DNA from: a phage
DNA: 64,000 nucleotides
Reading direction: 5' to 3' (one strand)
Assembly (NCBI GenBank): GCA_017864995.1
Contig: GCA_017864995.1_4097.1
Below, in pieces: positions 9,017 to 17,193 of this stretch. The notes below the pieces were generated by a model. That model did no database searches and was not told where the DNA came from. It worked only from the letters and a program-made list of their open reading frames with translations. Every line of letters begins with the position of its first letter. Position 1 is the stretch's first letter. The position numbers and the translations under genes were made by a program.

Positions 9017-9044
9017 TTGCAAACTATGTTTAAAGGCGTATAAT
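9017..9044 (+). promoter_or_regulatory. class I promoter (TTGCAA-16-TATAAT)
   Basis: followed by hairpin GGGGAA-tag-TTCCCC at 9059-9073. Confidence 0.6.
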
Positions 9045-9095
9045 GTTTTACATCAGGTGGGGAATAGTTCCCCACTATATAAGAGGATTAAAAAA

Positions 9096-9335
9096 ATGGC
9101 TAAATCAAAAATGTTCTTAGGTCACAAAAACAAAACTCATTGGAATGTAAGCCTTTGGATTAATAACGATGAGGGATTGTATCGGTTGGCCCTGGATTTT
9201 ATTAACGATAACACTAATCGCAATGATGCGGCCCGTCATATGATGTTATTTTTAGAACAGACTGGACAAGATAAAACACCGGACGGATTCAAATATAGCA
9301 CTACTGCGATCCGTGCGGCGATGGTTGGAATGTAA
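9096..9335 (+). CDS. hypothetical protein, paralog of 11133-11372
   Basis: MAKSKMFLGHKNKTHWNVSLWINN...TPDGFKYSTTAIRAAMVGM shared with 11133 gene. Confidence 0.6.
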   Translation: MAKSKMFLGHKNKTHWNVSLWINNDEGLYRLALDFINDNTNRNDAARHMMLFLEQTGQDKTPDGFKYSTTAIRAAMVGM

Positions 9336-9349
9336 TAGAATTTATTTAA

Positions 9350-9383
9350 AGTACTATCATTTTTTGCGATAGTACTTTATAAT
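9350..9383 (+). promoter_or_regulatory. class II promoter (AGTACT...AGTACT-tt-TATAAT)
   Basis: two AGTACT hexamers 21 bp apart, second abutting TATAAT; weak -35. Confidence 0.4.
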
Positions 9384-9420
9384 AGTGTTTTATTCATACA
9401 CCAACGATAAGGGCAACAGC

Positions 9421-9687
9421 ATGAATATTAAGTATTTTGCGACGCGTGAACAAGCTCGGATCGCCGCACGCCAGGACGGGGCAACGTTTAAAGATATGGG
9501 CGTACAATCGGAACGTGGTAAACGTTGGGCCATTGTAAAGCGTAGTACCGCCAGATCATTACAGTACTGGTTAGCGGCCTTAAAAAGTCCCGATAGTGTA
9601 TCGCGTCGAGTGGTAGAAATAAAGCTCGACCGAAAGGGCAACCGCGTGACCGTGTACCGTACTAAAAAGATTGCAGTACTTGAATAA
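9421..9687 (+). CDS. hypothetical protein, paralog of 21258-21653
   Basis: MNIKYFATREQARIAARQDGATFKDMG...RKGNRVTVYRTKK shared with 21258 gene. Confidence 0.6.
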   Translation: MNIKYFATREQARIAARQDGATFKDMGVQSERGKRWAIVKRSTARSLQYWLAALKSPDSVSRRVVEIKLDRKGNRVTVYRTKKIAVLE

Positions 9688-9694
9688 AAAGTAC

Positions 9695-9722
9695 TTGCAA
9701 ACTATGTTTAAAGGCGTATAAT
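9695..9722 (+). promoter_or_regulatory. class I promoter (TTGCAA-16-TATAAT)
   Basis: followed by hairpin GCGGGAA-ctc-TTCCCGC at 9737-9753. Confidence 0.6.
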
Positions 9723-9774
9723 GTTTTACATCGAGAGCGGGAACTCTTCCCGCCTATAACCTGGAGTAATAAAA

Positions 9775-10005
9775 ATGACTAATATGTATATGACTGAAGT
9801 TAAAACCGTAAAAGATACTACCACGAATAAAACTACTTACTTACAGCGGATCTGTGGTGTATGGCAACGTATCAGCAAATCAAAGTACTTTAAATTAACA
9901 TCATATGCAAATCGTTCGGATTCATTCAGTACTGAAATAAAAGGTAATAAAGTACACCAATACGGCACTTATTATTATTATAGCCTGGACGCGATTGCAG
10001 TATAA
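9775..10005 (+). CDS. hypothetical protein (76 aa)
   Basis: MTNMYMTEVK; RBS CTGGAG. Confidence 0.55.
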   Translation: MTNMYMTEVKTVKDTTTNKTTYLQRICGVWQRISKSKYFKLTSYANRSDSFSTEIKGNKVHQYGTYYYYSLDAIAV

Positions 10006-10252
10006 GCAGTTTACAAATCTTTACAATTGCCGGTATTGACTTATTTTGTCAGTACTGGCATAATGTATTCATTGGCAGATAAGCCGTAGCCCATAGGGTG
10101 CGGGAGTGTATCTATAGCAAAATTAGTTTAGTATAGTTACAATTGTGCACCCGGTGGGTTAGCTGTTGTCATGGGGTATATTATGCCAGTACTTGATAAT
10201 GCTGTCAATACTTTTTTACTATTCAGTACTGAAAACTATTTTTAAAAAGTAC

Positions 10253-10280
10253 TTGCAAACTATGTTTAAAGGCGTATAAT
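10253..10280 (+). promoter_or_regulatory. class I promoter (TTGCAA-16-TATAAT)
   Basis: drives conserved leader element 10291-10369. Confidence 0.5.
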
Positions 10281-10290
10281 GTTTTACATC

Positions 10291-10369
10291 AGGACGGGGA
10301 ACGAAATAAGTAACTTCCCGTTAAGTAGCCCAGGAGTAAGGCACACGAAAAACTCCCCTGATAAAATAG
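10291..10369 (+). ncRNA. candidate structured leader/sRNA element (copy 1)
   Basis: AGGACGGGGAACGAAATAAGTAAC..CCCGTTAAGTAG..CAGGAGTAAG..ACGAAAAACTCCCCTG; near-identical copy at 20066-20143. Confidence 0.3.
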
Positions 10370-10370
10370 T

Positions 10371-10398
10371 TTGACAATAGAAAGTAAAAGCGTATAAT
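10371..10398 (+). promoter_or_regulatory. promoter TTGACA-16-TATAAT
   Basis: second promoter immediately upstream of 10431 gene. Confidence 0.5.
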
Positions 10399-10430
10399 AC
10401 TTACATCAACTACTGAATGAGGGTTACAAA

Positions 10431-11042
10431 ATGAAAACTATCACTACTACTACTTTTGTTATGGCTTTTTCTGAACTGAACGCAGAACAAAAAACGGCGG
10501 CTATCGAACTGGTTCGGGATCGTGAGCGTTCATGTGAGGATAATTTCTTTGCTGAGGGCGTTATCGAGTACTATAAAGAAACAGTACTACCAGAATACGG
10601 CATAGATGAAGCTGAATTGCAATACAGTGGTTTTTGGTCGCAAGGTGACGGTGCATCAATCAGTACTGACCACGTTGACGCAGTGAAGTTTTTACGCAAG
10701 GTAAGAGCATTAACTAAGTATCGCTCAATCCGTCACTTGCTGAATGAAGATGATTTGGCGATGAGTGTAGAACGTTCACACTCTCGCTACGCACACGAAA
10801 ACACGGTAAGCGGGTACATTGAATCGGCTTACACTGATTTAACCGCAAAACAAGAAACGTTAGTTAATGAGCTTGAGGAACTACTCACTGATACTATTCG
10901 TGAATTGTCCCGCAAGTTGTACCGTGATTTAGAGAATGCATATGAGGATCAATTCACTACTGAAAACATTACGGCACTGATTGAGGGTAACGAATATCAA
11001 TTCAATGTTATTGATGGCGTAGTGGAATCAATCGAATATTAA
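10431..11042 (+). CDS. hypothetical acidic protein (203 aa)
   Basis: MKTITTTTFVMAF; largest gene in this block; function unknown. Confidence 0.6.
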   Translation: MKTITTTTFVMAFSELNAEQKTAAIELVRDRERSCEDNFFAEGVIEYYKETVLPEYGIDEAELQYSGFWSQGDGASISTDHVDAVKFLRKVRALTKYRSIRHLLNEDDLAMSVERSHSRYAHENTVSGYIESAYTDLTAKQETLVNELEELLTDTIRELSRKLYRDLENAYEDQFTTENITALIEGNEYQFNVIDGVVESIEY

Positions 11043-11054
11043 TTTAAAAAGTAC

Positions 11055-11082
11055 TTGCAAACTAAGTTTAAAAGCGTATAAT
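11055..11082 (+). promoter_or_regulatory. class I promoter (TTGCAA-16-TATAAT)
   Basis: followed by hairpin GGCGGGGA..TCCCCGC. Confidence 0.6.
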
Positions 11083-11132
11083 ACTTTACATCAAGGCGGG
11101 GAGTGGTTCCCCGCTCAAACGAGGATTTAAAA

Positions 11133-11372
11133 ATGGCTAGTACTAAAACTTACAACGGACACAAAAACAAAACTCATTGGAATGTAAGCCTTTGGATTAA
11201 TAACGGTGAGTCATTGTATCGGCTTGCTCAAAGTTGCATCGCACAAAGTAGAACTAAAGATATTGCTGCGGAATGTATGTACCGCAGATTAAAAGCCAAC
11301 GGTACTACTACAACGCCGGACGGCTTTAAGTATAGCACTACTGCGATCCGTGCTGCAATGGTTGGAATGTAA
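11133..11372 (+). CDS. hypothetical protein, paralog of 9096-9335
   Basis: MASTKTYNGHKNKTHWNVSLWINN...; start at RBS-supported internal Met. Confidence 0.6.
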   Translation: MASTKTYNGHKNKTHWNVSLWINNGESLYRLAQSCIAQSRTKDIAAECMYRRLKANGTTTTPDGFKYSTTAIRAAMVGM

Positions 11373-11392
11373 TATTCAGTACTGAGATAATG

Positions 11393-11415
11393 GCGGGTAA
11401 TAGTTCCCGCCTTTA
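11393..11415 (+). terminator. intergenic hairpin GGCGGG-N7-CCCGCC (weak terminator or processing site)
   Basis: same hairpin type as the 5'-UTR hairpins but no promoter; weak T-run. Confidence 0.3.
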
Positions 11416-11429
11416 CTGAGGGTTATCTA

Positions 11430-11690
11430 ATGAGTAAAGTAATTAGCTATACAGCACTAAGCAAGACATTATCTATTAGCCAGTGCACCGATGGTTATTG
11501 GCTATTTGATGAAACGCGTGGCATGAATTTAGCCATGCGTGCAAAAACTGCTGAGGCGGCGTATCTTGAAGCATTGGAATACTACCAGGAACGTTTAAAG
11601 GAAGTAGAAGAAGATTATAAAAGCCTCAAAGCGAAAGTAGATCATTTCGTCGGTCAATTCATCGAGGAAGACGACGACAAACAATATTGA
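11430..11690 (+). CDS. hypothetical protein (86 aa)
   Basis: MSKVISYTALSK; RBS GAGGG. Confidence 0.55.
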   Translation: MSKVISYTALSKTLSISQCTDGYWLFDETRGMNLAMRAKTAEAAYLEALEYYQERLKEVEEDYKSLKAKVDHFVGQFIEEDDDKQY

Positions 11691-11776
11691 AAAAGTACTT
11701 GCAATTAGTTTTCAGTACTGTATAATGGTTTACATCAAAGGGAGAAATGGTTCTCCCTGGTAATGAGGAAAATACA

Positions 11777-11998
11777 ATGGCTAATATCACTACTCTTTCC
11801 CAACTGGAAGCACTGGTTAAATCTATGCGGGAACATGCCGACAAAATCGGCGTACAAGATCCAGCCGTTTGCTTCTGCGACGAATTGAATGATGATACCC
11901 TGGTAATAGCAGAAGTCCAGGACGTTTCTAACTATTCCTCGCGTTACACTGGCGGCGTAGCAAATAAAGGCGACTTCTGTTTATACCTTACAAAATAA
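11777..11998 (+). CDS. hypothetical protein (73 aa)
   Basis: start MANITTLSQ after class I promoter plus hairpin GGGAGAA..TTCTCCC. Confidence 0.55.
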   Translation: MANITTLSQLEALVKSMREHADKIGVQDPAVCFCDELNDDTLVIAEVQDVSNYSSRYTGGVANKGDFCLYLTK

Positions 11999-12002
11999 CA
12001 AC

Positions 12003-12035
12003 GCGGGGAGATAATAACTCCCCGTTACTTTTTCA
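12003..12035 (+). terminator. rho-independent terminator
   Basis: GGGGAG-ataataa-CTCCCC followed by TTACTTTTT. Confidence 0.5.
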
Positions 12036-12240
12036 GTACTGAATCATTTAATAGACGGATCTCGGCACCCGGTGGGTTAGTGACTGTTTCGTCTTGATGT
12101 AGTAATTATGCCAGTACTGGATGCACTTGTCAACAACTATTTTTCAAATACTTTTTATTAAAATACTTGCAATTAGTTTTTAAACGCGTATAATGTTTTG
12201 CATAGGGGGAGCGGTTCCCCTGGTAACTAAGGATAATCAA

Positions 12241-12540
12241 ATGAAAATTACAATCATCGCCCTGGCTTTATCTGTTTCCTCTTTCGCTGTTAATGCGTCA
12301 TTAGATGTAAGTAGTGAAAAATTCATTCAGTGCACTGTTGCAATGACCGATGAAAGTACTGGCGAGATTGTATTAAAGGATCTGGAGATTCAGCCGGAAG
12401 CATTTAAAAACGGCCCGTTCCATGAAGAAGACGAAAACGGTAGCACGACAATTTATTATGATGCCAGTACTAAACGCGGTTCGGTCACTGTCATGGATAC
12501 TGAGAAAGTAACTCATACCGGCGTTATTAATTGCCGTTGA
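12241..12540 (+). CDS. small secreted/periplasmic protein (signal peptide)
   Basis: start MKITIIALALSVSSFAVNA-SLD, typical signal peptide; class I promoter plus hairpin upstream. Confidence 0.55.
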   Translation: MKITIIALALSVSSFAVNASLDVSSEKFIQCTVAMTDESTGEIVLKDLEIQPEAFKNGPFHEEDENGSTTIYYDASTKRGSVTVMDTEKVTHTGVINCR

Positions 12541-12561
12541 TAGATACTACGGGGTAACATC

Positions 12562-12792
12562 ATGACTAAGCGAATTGTTTTACTTAACGAAAGCAGTACT
12601 ACACAACTACTTAACGCCGTGCATTATGATATTGAAACGAGCGTTAATCTTATCAGTACTGTAGTACTGTTGGACACTGGAAAGGTCGCCAATGATAAAG
12701 CGATTGCAGGTATATTAACGGATCTTGAGCCTGGTCGCAGTGCACCAATAACGTTAAATTGTAAAGTGTTTAATATTTTACTCACTGATTAA
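12562..12792 (+). CDS. hypothetical protein (76 aa)
   Basis: MTKRIVLLNESS; followed by strong terminator. Confidence 0.5.
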   Translation: MTKRIVLLNESSTTQLLNAVHYDIETSVNLISTVVLLDTGKVANDKAIAGILTDLEPGRSAPITLNCKVFNILLTD

Positions 12793-12798
12793 GTACAT

Positions 12799-12826
12799 AG
12801 CCCACCTGGTGGGCTTTTTTGTTTTT
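12799..12826 (+). terminator. rho-independent terminator
   Basis: AGCCCACC-t-GGTGGGCT then TTTTTTGTTTTT. Confidence 0.7.
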
Positions 12827-12874
12827 GTAGTATCGTAGTACTGAGATACTTTGAAAATAGTTTTAAGAAAGTAG

Positions 12875-12902
12875 TTGACATTACCGCAGAAAAGCGTAGA
12901 AT
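12875..12902 (+). promoter_or_regulatory. promoter TTGACA-16-TAGAAT
   Basis: followed by ~110-nt leader related to the 10291/20066 elements. Confidence 0.45.
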
Positions 12903-13031
12903 GTATTACATCAAGACGGGGAGCACTAAGTAGACCGCCAGTAAGTCGAACGAAAAACTGGACACGTCGAGAAAACTTTGATACACTAATAAACGTAAAC
13001 GTAAACTTAACTTTAATTGAGGATTTATAAA

Positions 13032-13514
13032 ATGGCTAATGTAAAATCATTCATCAAAGCACTGGTAGCAAATGAAACTAACGTCGCGGCTGAGATCCTG
13101 GCTGAACTGGATAACGATACCATGAAAGCGGTACGCAATAATTTTAACATCGCGTACAGTACTGCGAAAGAACTACAAGCAAATAAAGCGGCAGAAATTG
13201 AAGCGGCAAAGGCGGCCCGTGAAGCAGAACTAAAAGCAACAATTGAAAGTATCCAGGCGGCAGTAGTTGGATTGGATCTGGAAGTAGTTACAGAGATGGC
13301 ACAAAAAGCCCTGGCGGTTAAGTATGGGGAAGACAAGCCAGAAGTAAAAGCCAAAAAATGGATTCAGGAACGCGTAGCGGTAGTACTGGACAACGGGGAA
13401 GAATATCTGATTCCGGTGCGTGGTAACTGCATTGCGGTAGTACTGGACGCGATTAACTCCAGTGGTATGACTCGCGAGGAATGGATCGAAGCTCATCGCA
13501 AAGTTGAAGCATAA
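13032..13514 (+). CDS. hypothetical Ala/Glu/Lys-rich coiled-coil-like protein
   Basis: MANVKSFIKAL...AAEIEAAKAAREAELKATIESIQAA; RBS GAGGA. Confidence 0.6.
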   Translation: MANVKSFIKALVANETNVAAEILAELDNDTMKAVRNNFNIAYSTAKELQANKAAEIEAAKAAREAELKATIESIQAAVVGLDLEVVTEMAQKALAVKYGEDKPEVKAKKWIQERVAVVLDNGEEYLIPVRGNCIAVVLDAINSSGMTREEWIEAHRKVEA

Positions 13515-13535
13515 CAATTAAAGTACTGAATCACT

Positions 13536-13566
13536 AGCCCACCTTAAACGGTGGGCTTTTTTGTGT
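13536..13566 (+). terminator. rho-independent terminator
   Basis: AGCCCACC-ttaaac-GGTGGGCT then TTTTTTGTGTTT. Confidence 0.7.
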
Positions 13567-13716
13567 TTATCGTTTACCAGGCCACCAGCACCGCCTAGAA
13601 ACGATTCTAACGCATTAAACTGATTATCTGATGCATTGCCCTAGCTGGTGGCGGTAAGGTCGTTGTAATGCGATTGAGAGCGTTTAAAGTATTTTGCAAA
13701 AAGTAATAAAAAGTAC

Positions 13717-13744
13717 TTGCACGATTAAGAGATTAGCGTATAAT
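13717..13744 (+). promoter_or_regulatory. class I promoter (TTGCAC-16-TATAAT)
   Basis: followed by hairpin GAGAGGGGGAA..TTCTCC. Confidence 0.55.
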
Positions 13745-13799
13745 GTTTTACATCGAGAGGGGGAAACGGTTCTCCTTCCAAATCAAAGGAATCAAAACA

Positions 13800-14027
13800 A
13801 TGGCTATTATCATTACTCGCGTATCTGGTACTACTGGCAACGAACAAGTAGTTGCAGTCATTACCATCAAGGAAGGTGCGGAATTGCAAAATGCAATGAA
13901 TACCTGGGCCGTTAATGAGTTCGGTCAGTGGGCAAGTGTAGCATACATTGAAACCTATCAAGTGCCGTCGATTAGTTTAACTGATTTGGGCGTTGAGCGT
14001 ATCCTTTGCCTTGATGAATTAAATTAA
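13800..14027 (+). CDS. hypothetical protein (75 aa)
   Basis: start MAIIITRVSG (track start 13743 lies in promoter/hairpin). Confidence 0.55.
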   Translation: MAIIITRVSGTTGNEQVVAVITIKEGAELQNAMNTWAVNEFGQWASVAYIETYQVPSISLTDLGVERILCLDELN

Positions 14028-14112
14028 AAAGTACTTGCAAAGTAAATCGAATAAAGTATAATACATTACATCAAGGGGAGAAAATGGTTCTCCCCACTAC
14101 AAGGAAACTAAA

Positions 14113-14256
14113 ATGAAAACTTGTCAATGTGGTCAGAAATCTATTACTGGTTTAAAGCGGGGCGTTGCACTTTGCCAGTACCATTATAATTTACAAGTAT
14201 GGGGTAAAGAATGGGCCGACCAGGTGGAAGCAGCAAAGAAAGCAAAAAGTAAGTAA
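14113..14256 (+). CDS. tiny Cys-containing protein (47 aa, below track cutoff)
   Basis: MKTCQCGQKS...LCQYHYN; own class I promoter plus hairpin upstream. Confidence 0.45.
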   Translation: MKTCQCGQKSITGLKRGVALCQYHYNLQVWGKEWADQVEAAKKAKSK

Positions 14257-14275
14257 AAATATTATCACAGTACTA

Positions 14276-14304
14276 TTGACATAGTTTGATAGTACTGGCA
14301 TAAT
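14276..14304 (+). promoter_or_regulatory. class II promoter (AGTACTaTTGACA-N9-gatAGTACTGg-CATAAT)
   Basis: TTGACA-17-CATAAT flanked by two AGTACT; near-identical copies at 17116 and 25293. Confidence 0.5.
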
Positions 14305-14345
14305 AGATTTTATCAAGACAACATATTAATTTAAGGAATACTAAA

Positions 14346-14669
14346 ATGGCTAAAACTATCATTAACACCGTTTCCCTGGCTGCAATCCGTGCAATCAATG
14401 TTGACGGTAAACGTTGGACTGATTCATATGGCAATACTTATCATTCTTGTCATGTAAGCGTCGAACTGGATAACGGTTTGAATGATCTGGCGGTTGAATC
14501 ATTTACTTATGGCTATGAAGATGCATATCAACAAACGGCGTTAGATCTATTAAAGGAATCAGTAGACGGGCTTAATACTGATGAAACCTCCCTTACTCGT
14601 TTGTGCAATGATCTTAATATCCCGTTGCATTGTACTGTACATAATGTTAAACGCAAAAAAGATCTTTAA
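14346..14669 (+). CDS. hypothetical protein, paralog of 20839-21162
   Basis: shared RWTDSYGNTYHSC..FTYGY..VKRKKD with 20839 gene. Confidence 0.6.
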   Translation: MAKTIINTVSLAAIRAINVDGKRWTDSYGNTYHSCHVSVELDNGLNDLAVESFTYGYEDAYQQTALDLLKESVDGLNTDETSLTRLCNDLNIPLHCTVHNVKRKKDL

Positions 14670-14749
14670 TTAGCTTTACTTTATGCAGATACTTTGATAT
14701 AGTGTCTGCATAGGGGAAAGAAATTAAATTAACTTAAGAGGAACGTATA

Positions 14750-15019
14750 ATGAAAAATATCAGTACTTTAATCGATGCAGGTACTCATGTTCGTCGGTCT
14801 ATGGTTGCAACCAGTACTACAAAACAAGTACCAAGCGGTTATCTTGTATTTGTGTACGATGGTAAACTCCTGGAACGTTCAATCAATTTTGATGTTAAAA
14901 ACAATTGCCGTTTTATTATCTTTAAGCGTGAACAATATAAAATTGATTTACCAGCAAAGCCCATAAGCGGGGCGTACAACGTGCAATCATTGTTTGAACG
15001 TCAACCATACACCTATTAA
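14750..15019 (+). CDS. hypothetical protein (89 aa)
   Basis: MKNISTLIDAG; RBS AAGAGGAA. Confidence 0.55.
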   Translation: MKNISTLIDAGTHVRRSMVATSTTKQVPSGYLVFVYDGKLLERSINFDVKNNCRFIIFKREQYKIDLPAKPISGAYNVQSLFERQPYTY

Positions 15020-15070
15020 TCAAAACATCGTTAGCGGTCGATTTAGGCCGCTTATATTGGGGATTATACC

Positions 15071-15343
15071 ATGAACGTTAATCAAGTACTGAATGAAGTT
15101 GAAAGCATCATTAAACCAATGAAACGCATTGATGCTATGTTAACACCGGAAGAATGCCGCCTTTATGAGCGTTACAGCGTCGAACAAGTCCAGGCGATGG
15201 CTATGGCTACCCCAGCCGTTAAACCGCCTGAGAATGCGTTACAGGACGTTACAGGGGATTATATCATCAATCCAGTACTAGGGAAGATGGCTGCAATCAC
15301 CGAAGATCAACAAGACTACTTAAGCCAGTACTTAAAAGGTTAA
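15071..15343 (+). CDS. hypothetical protein (90 aa)
   Basis: MNVNQVLNEVES; RBS GGGGA. Confidence 0.55.
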   Translation: MNVNQVLNEVESIIKPMKRIDAMLTPEECRLYERYSVEQVQAMAMATPAVKPPENALQDVTGDYIINPVLGKMAAITEDQQDYLSQYLKG

Positions 15344-15348
15344 TTAAT

Positions 15349-15558
15349 ATGCTTACTGTACAGGATAAGATCGACATCTTAAAGGTTAATATGTATGTGA
15401 TTGATGCAGTACCTGGTAAAGTATTTGCATACGATGACACCACTGTAAGCGATTTCTACTATAGCCAGGACGTGGGGGATCTTTCTGTACAGTCGGTTAT
15501 TGAAAACGTAGTTAATGCAGCGTATGAGCATTTACTTTCAAATAGTACTTGCAATTAG
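15349..15558 (+). CDS. hypothetical protein (69 aa)
   Basis: MLTVQDKIDILK; closely follows upstream gene. Confidence 0.5.
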   Translation: MLTVQDKIDILKVNMYVIDAVPGKVFAYDDTTVSDFYYSQDVGDLSVQSVIENVVNAAYEHLLSNSTCN

Positions 15559-15627
15559 TTTTTAAACGCGTATAATGTTTTACATGAAGGGGAGAAATGA
15601 TTCTCCCCACTAATTAAGGAATATGAA

Positions 15628-15774
15628 ATGAAAGCATCAAAAAAGAGTAATACTAAGAAAGCACGTTCACCTTTCGCTGGGGTATTCCCTTTACGTTTCG
15701 TTGATGAAGTAGTTTCCTACCCGCCGGGCCTTACTCCTGAGATGGTAGAAAGTTTGCGTAAATCTAAAAAATAG
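15628..15774 (+). CDS. small basic protein (48 aa, below track cutoff)
   Basis: MKASKKSNTKKARSPFAG...; class I promoter plus hairpin GGGGAGAA..TTCTCCCC upstream. Confidence 0.45.
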   Translation: MKASKKSNTKKARSPFAGVFPLRFVDEVVSYPPGLTPEMVESLRKSKK

Positions 15775-15855
15775 TACTTGCAATTAGTTTTTAGTACTGT
15801 ATAATGTTTTACATGAAGGGGAGAAATGATTCTCCCCAATAACAGGAGAATCAAA

Positions 15856-16008
15856 ATGAAACAATACAACGCTCGGTTTGATGTTACTATCGGTAACGGC
15901 AAAGGTCAATTCTCTTTCAGTACTCGCAAAAGTTATACAGAAAACTTCCTGCGTAATTGTGCACTGACCGCCGCACAAATTAAACATTATTTTCAGGCTA
16001 AAAAATGA
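15856..16008 (+). CDS. hypothetical protein (50 aa)
   Basis: start MKQYNARFD after RBS CAGGAGAA; class I promoter plus hairpin upstream. Confidence 0.5.
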   Translation: MKQYNARFDVTIGNGKGQFSFSTRKSYTENFLRNCALTAAQIKHYFQAKK

Positions 16009-16094
16009 AAACATTAGCTTACTATAGTTCGGCCCTGGTCGGTGCATTGATCGCGGCGTTGTTAGTAACCTATCTATTCTTTATGGTGATTTAA
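16005..16094 (+). CDS. candidate 29-aa single-pass membrane peptide
   Basis: MKTLAYYSSALVGALIAALLVTYLFFMVI; ATGA overlap with upstream stop. Confidence 0.35.
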   Translation: MKTLAYYSSALVGALIAALLVTYLFFMVI

Positions 16095-16238
16095 ATGAAT
16101 CCAACAGGTTTAAACTATAAAAGTTGTTCGGCATTTACGAAAGCAAATAAAGCGAATGCACGTAAAGCGAAAGTACAAGAATACATCAAGCAAGGCATGA
16201 CGCGAAAGGCGGCGATTCTAAAAGCTAAAAATAAATGA
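16095..16238 (+). CDS. small basic protein (47 aa)
   Basis: MNPTGLNYKSCSAFTKANKANARKAKVQEYIKQG; abuts upstream ORF. Confidence 0.4.
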   Translation: MNPTGLNYKSCSAFTKANKANARKAKVQEYIKQGMTRKAAILKAKNK

Positions 16239-16459
16239 AAAAAGTGGTTGACTCCGGTCAGCCATTTTGCTATTATATATTCATTGAGAGATAGCTCACT
16301 AGCCCACAGGGTGCATAAGTGTATCTATTATATAAGTATTGAGTACTGAAAACTATTTTAAAAGTATTTGTAGAAAGTACTTGCAAACTATCTCAATAAG
16401 CGTATAATGTTTTACATCGAAAGGGGAAACGGTTTCCCCTGGTAATAAGGAAACGAATC

Positions 16460-16801
16460 ATGACTATCTCAATTGCTCAATCTAACTTTGAAAATGAAAT
16501 CATCGCCCAGGCACTGCGTTTAAATGATGGTCGGGCCGAAATTAATTACGGTTTCAATTCAGGCGGTTGCGAAAACTATCAGTACTTTGTAACGGCTGAT
16601 GGCGGTGTCCTGGGTATCAATACAGTTATTGTAAACATCCAAAAAATTAATTTCAATGATCCAGACGATAGCCAGTTTTACATCACTGGCGTAGACGTGA
16701 ACTATGAGGATGACTCACTAACTGATGATTACACTGGCGAGCGGTTAGAAAGTGCATACGGTGAAGATGATTATCAGTCCGGTCCAGAAGATTTCGAATA
16801 A
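16460..16801 (+). CDS. hypothetical acidic protein (113 aa)
   Basis: MTISIAQSNF; Asp/Glu-rich C-term; class I promoter plus hairpin upstream. Confidence 0.6.
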   Translation: MTISIAQSNFENEIIAQALRLNDGRAEINYGFNSGGCENYQYFVTADGGVLGINTVIVNIQKINFNDPDDSQFYITGVDVNYEDDSLTDDYTGERLESAYGEDDYQSGPEDFE

Positions 16802-16897
16802 TATAAAAAAATAGTTTGACAATAGATTATAGTACTGTATAATAGTTTACATCAAGGGGAGAGATGATTCTCCCCACTAACAGAGAGAGAAAACAAA

Positions 16898-17110
16898 ATG
16901 GCTAATATCTGCACTGTACTGAAAAATGCAAAACAAGTTTTATTTTCTGATCACGATCATTTAAACAAGGATATTACTGGCGTTCGGAATATCAAAGATG
17001 TAAAAAGTGTTATGGGTATCTATTGCAATATGAAACGTGTTGGAACGTTCGGCGACAAAGTACTATACCAGGCAGGGGATTACAATTTTACACTGACTAT
17101 CATTAACTAA
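16898..17110 (+). CDS. hypothetical protein (70 aa)
   Basis: MANICTVLKNAK; promoter TTGACA-16-TATAAT plus hairpin upstream. Confidence 0.55.
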   Translation: MANICTVLKNAKQVLFSDHDHLNKDITGVRNIKDVKSVMGIYCNMKRVGTFGDKVLYQAGDYNFTLTIIN

Positions 17111-17193
17111 AAATATTATCACAGTACTATTGACATAGTTTGATAGTACTGACATAATAACTTTTATCAACTACACTACTAAGGAATTAAAAA

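Noticed and set aside
13025-13517. Minus-strand ORFs 13025-13354 and 13230-13517
   Set aside because: Antisense to the well-supported + strand gene 13032-13514; low-complexity translation of the Ala/Lys-rich antisense frame.
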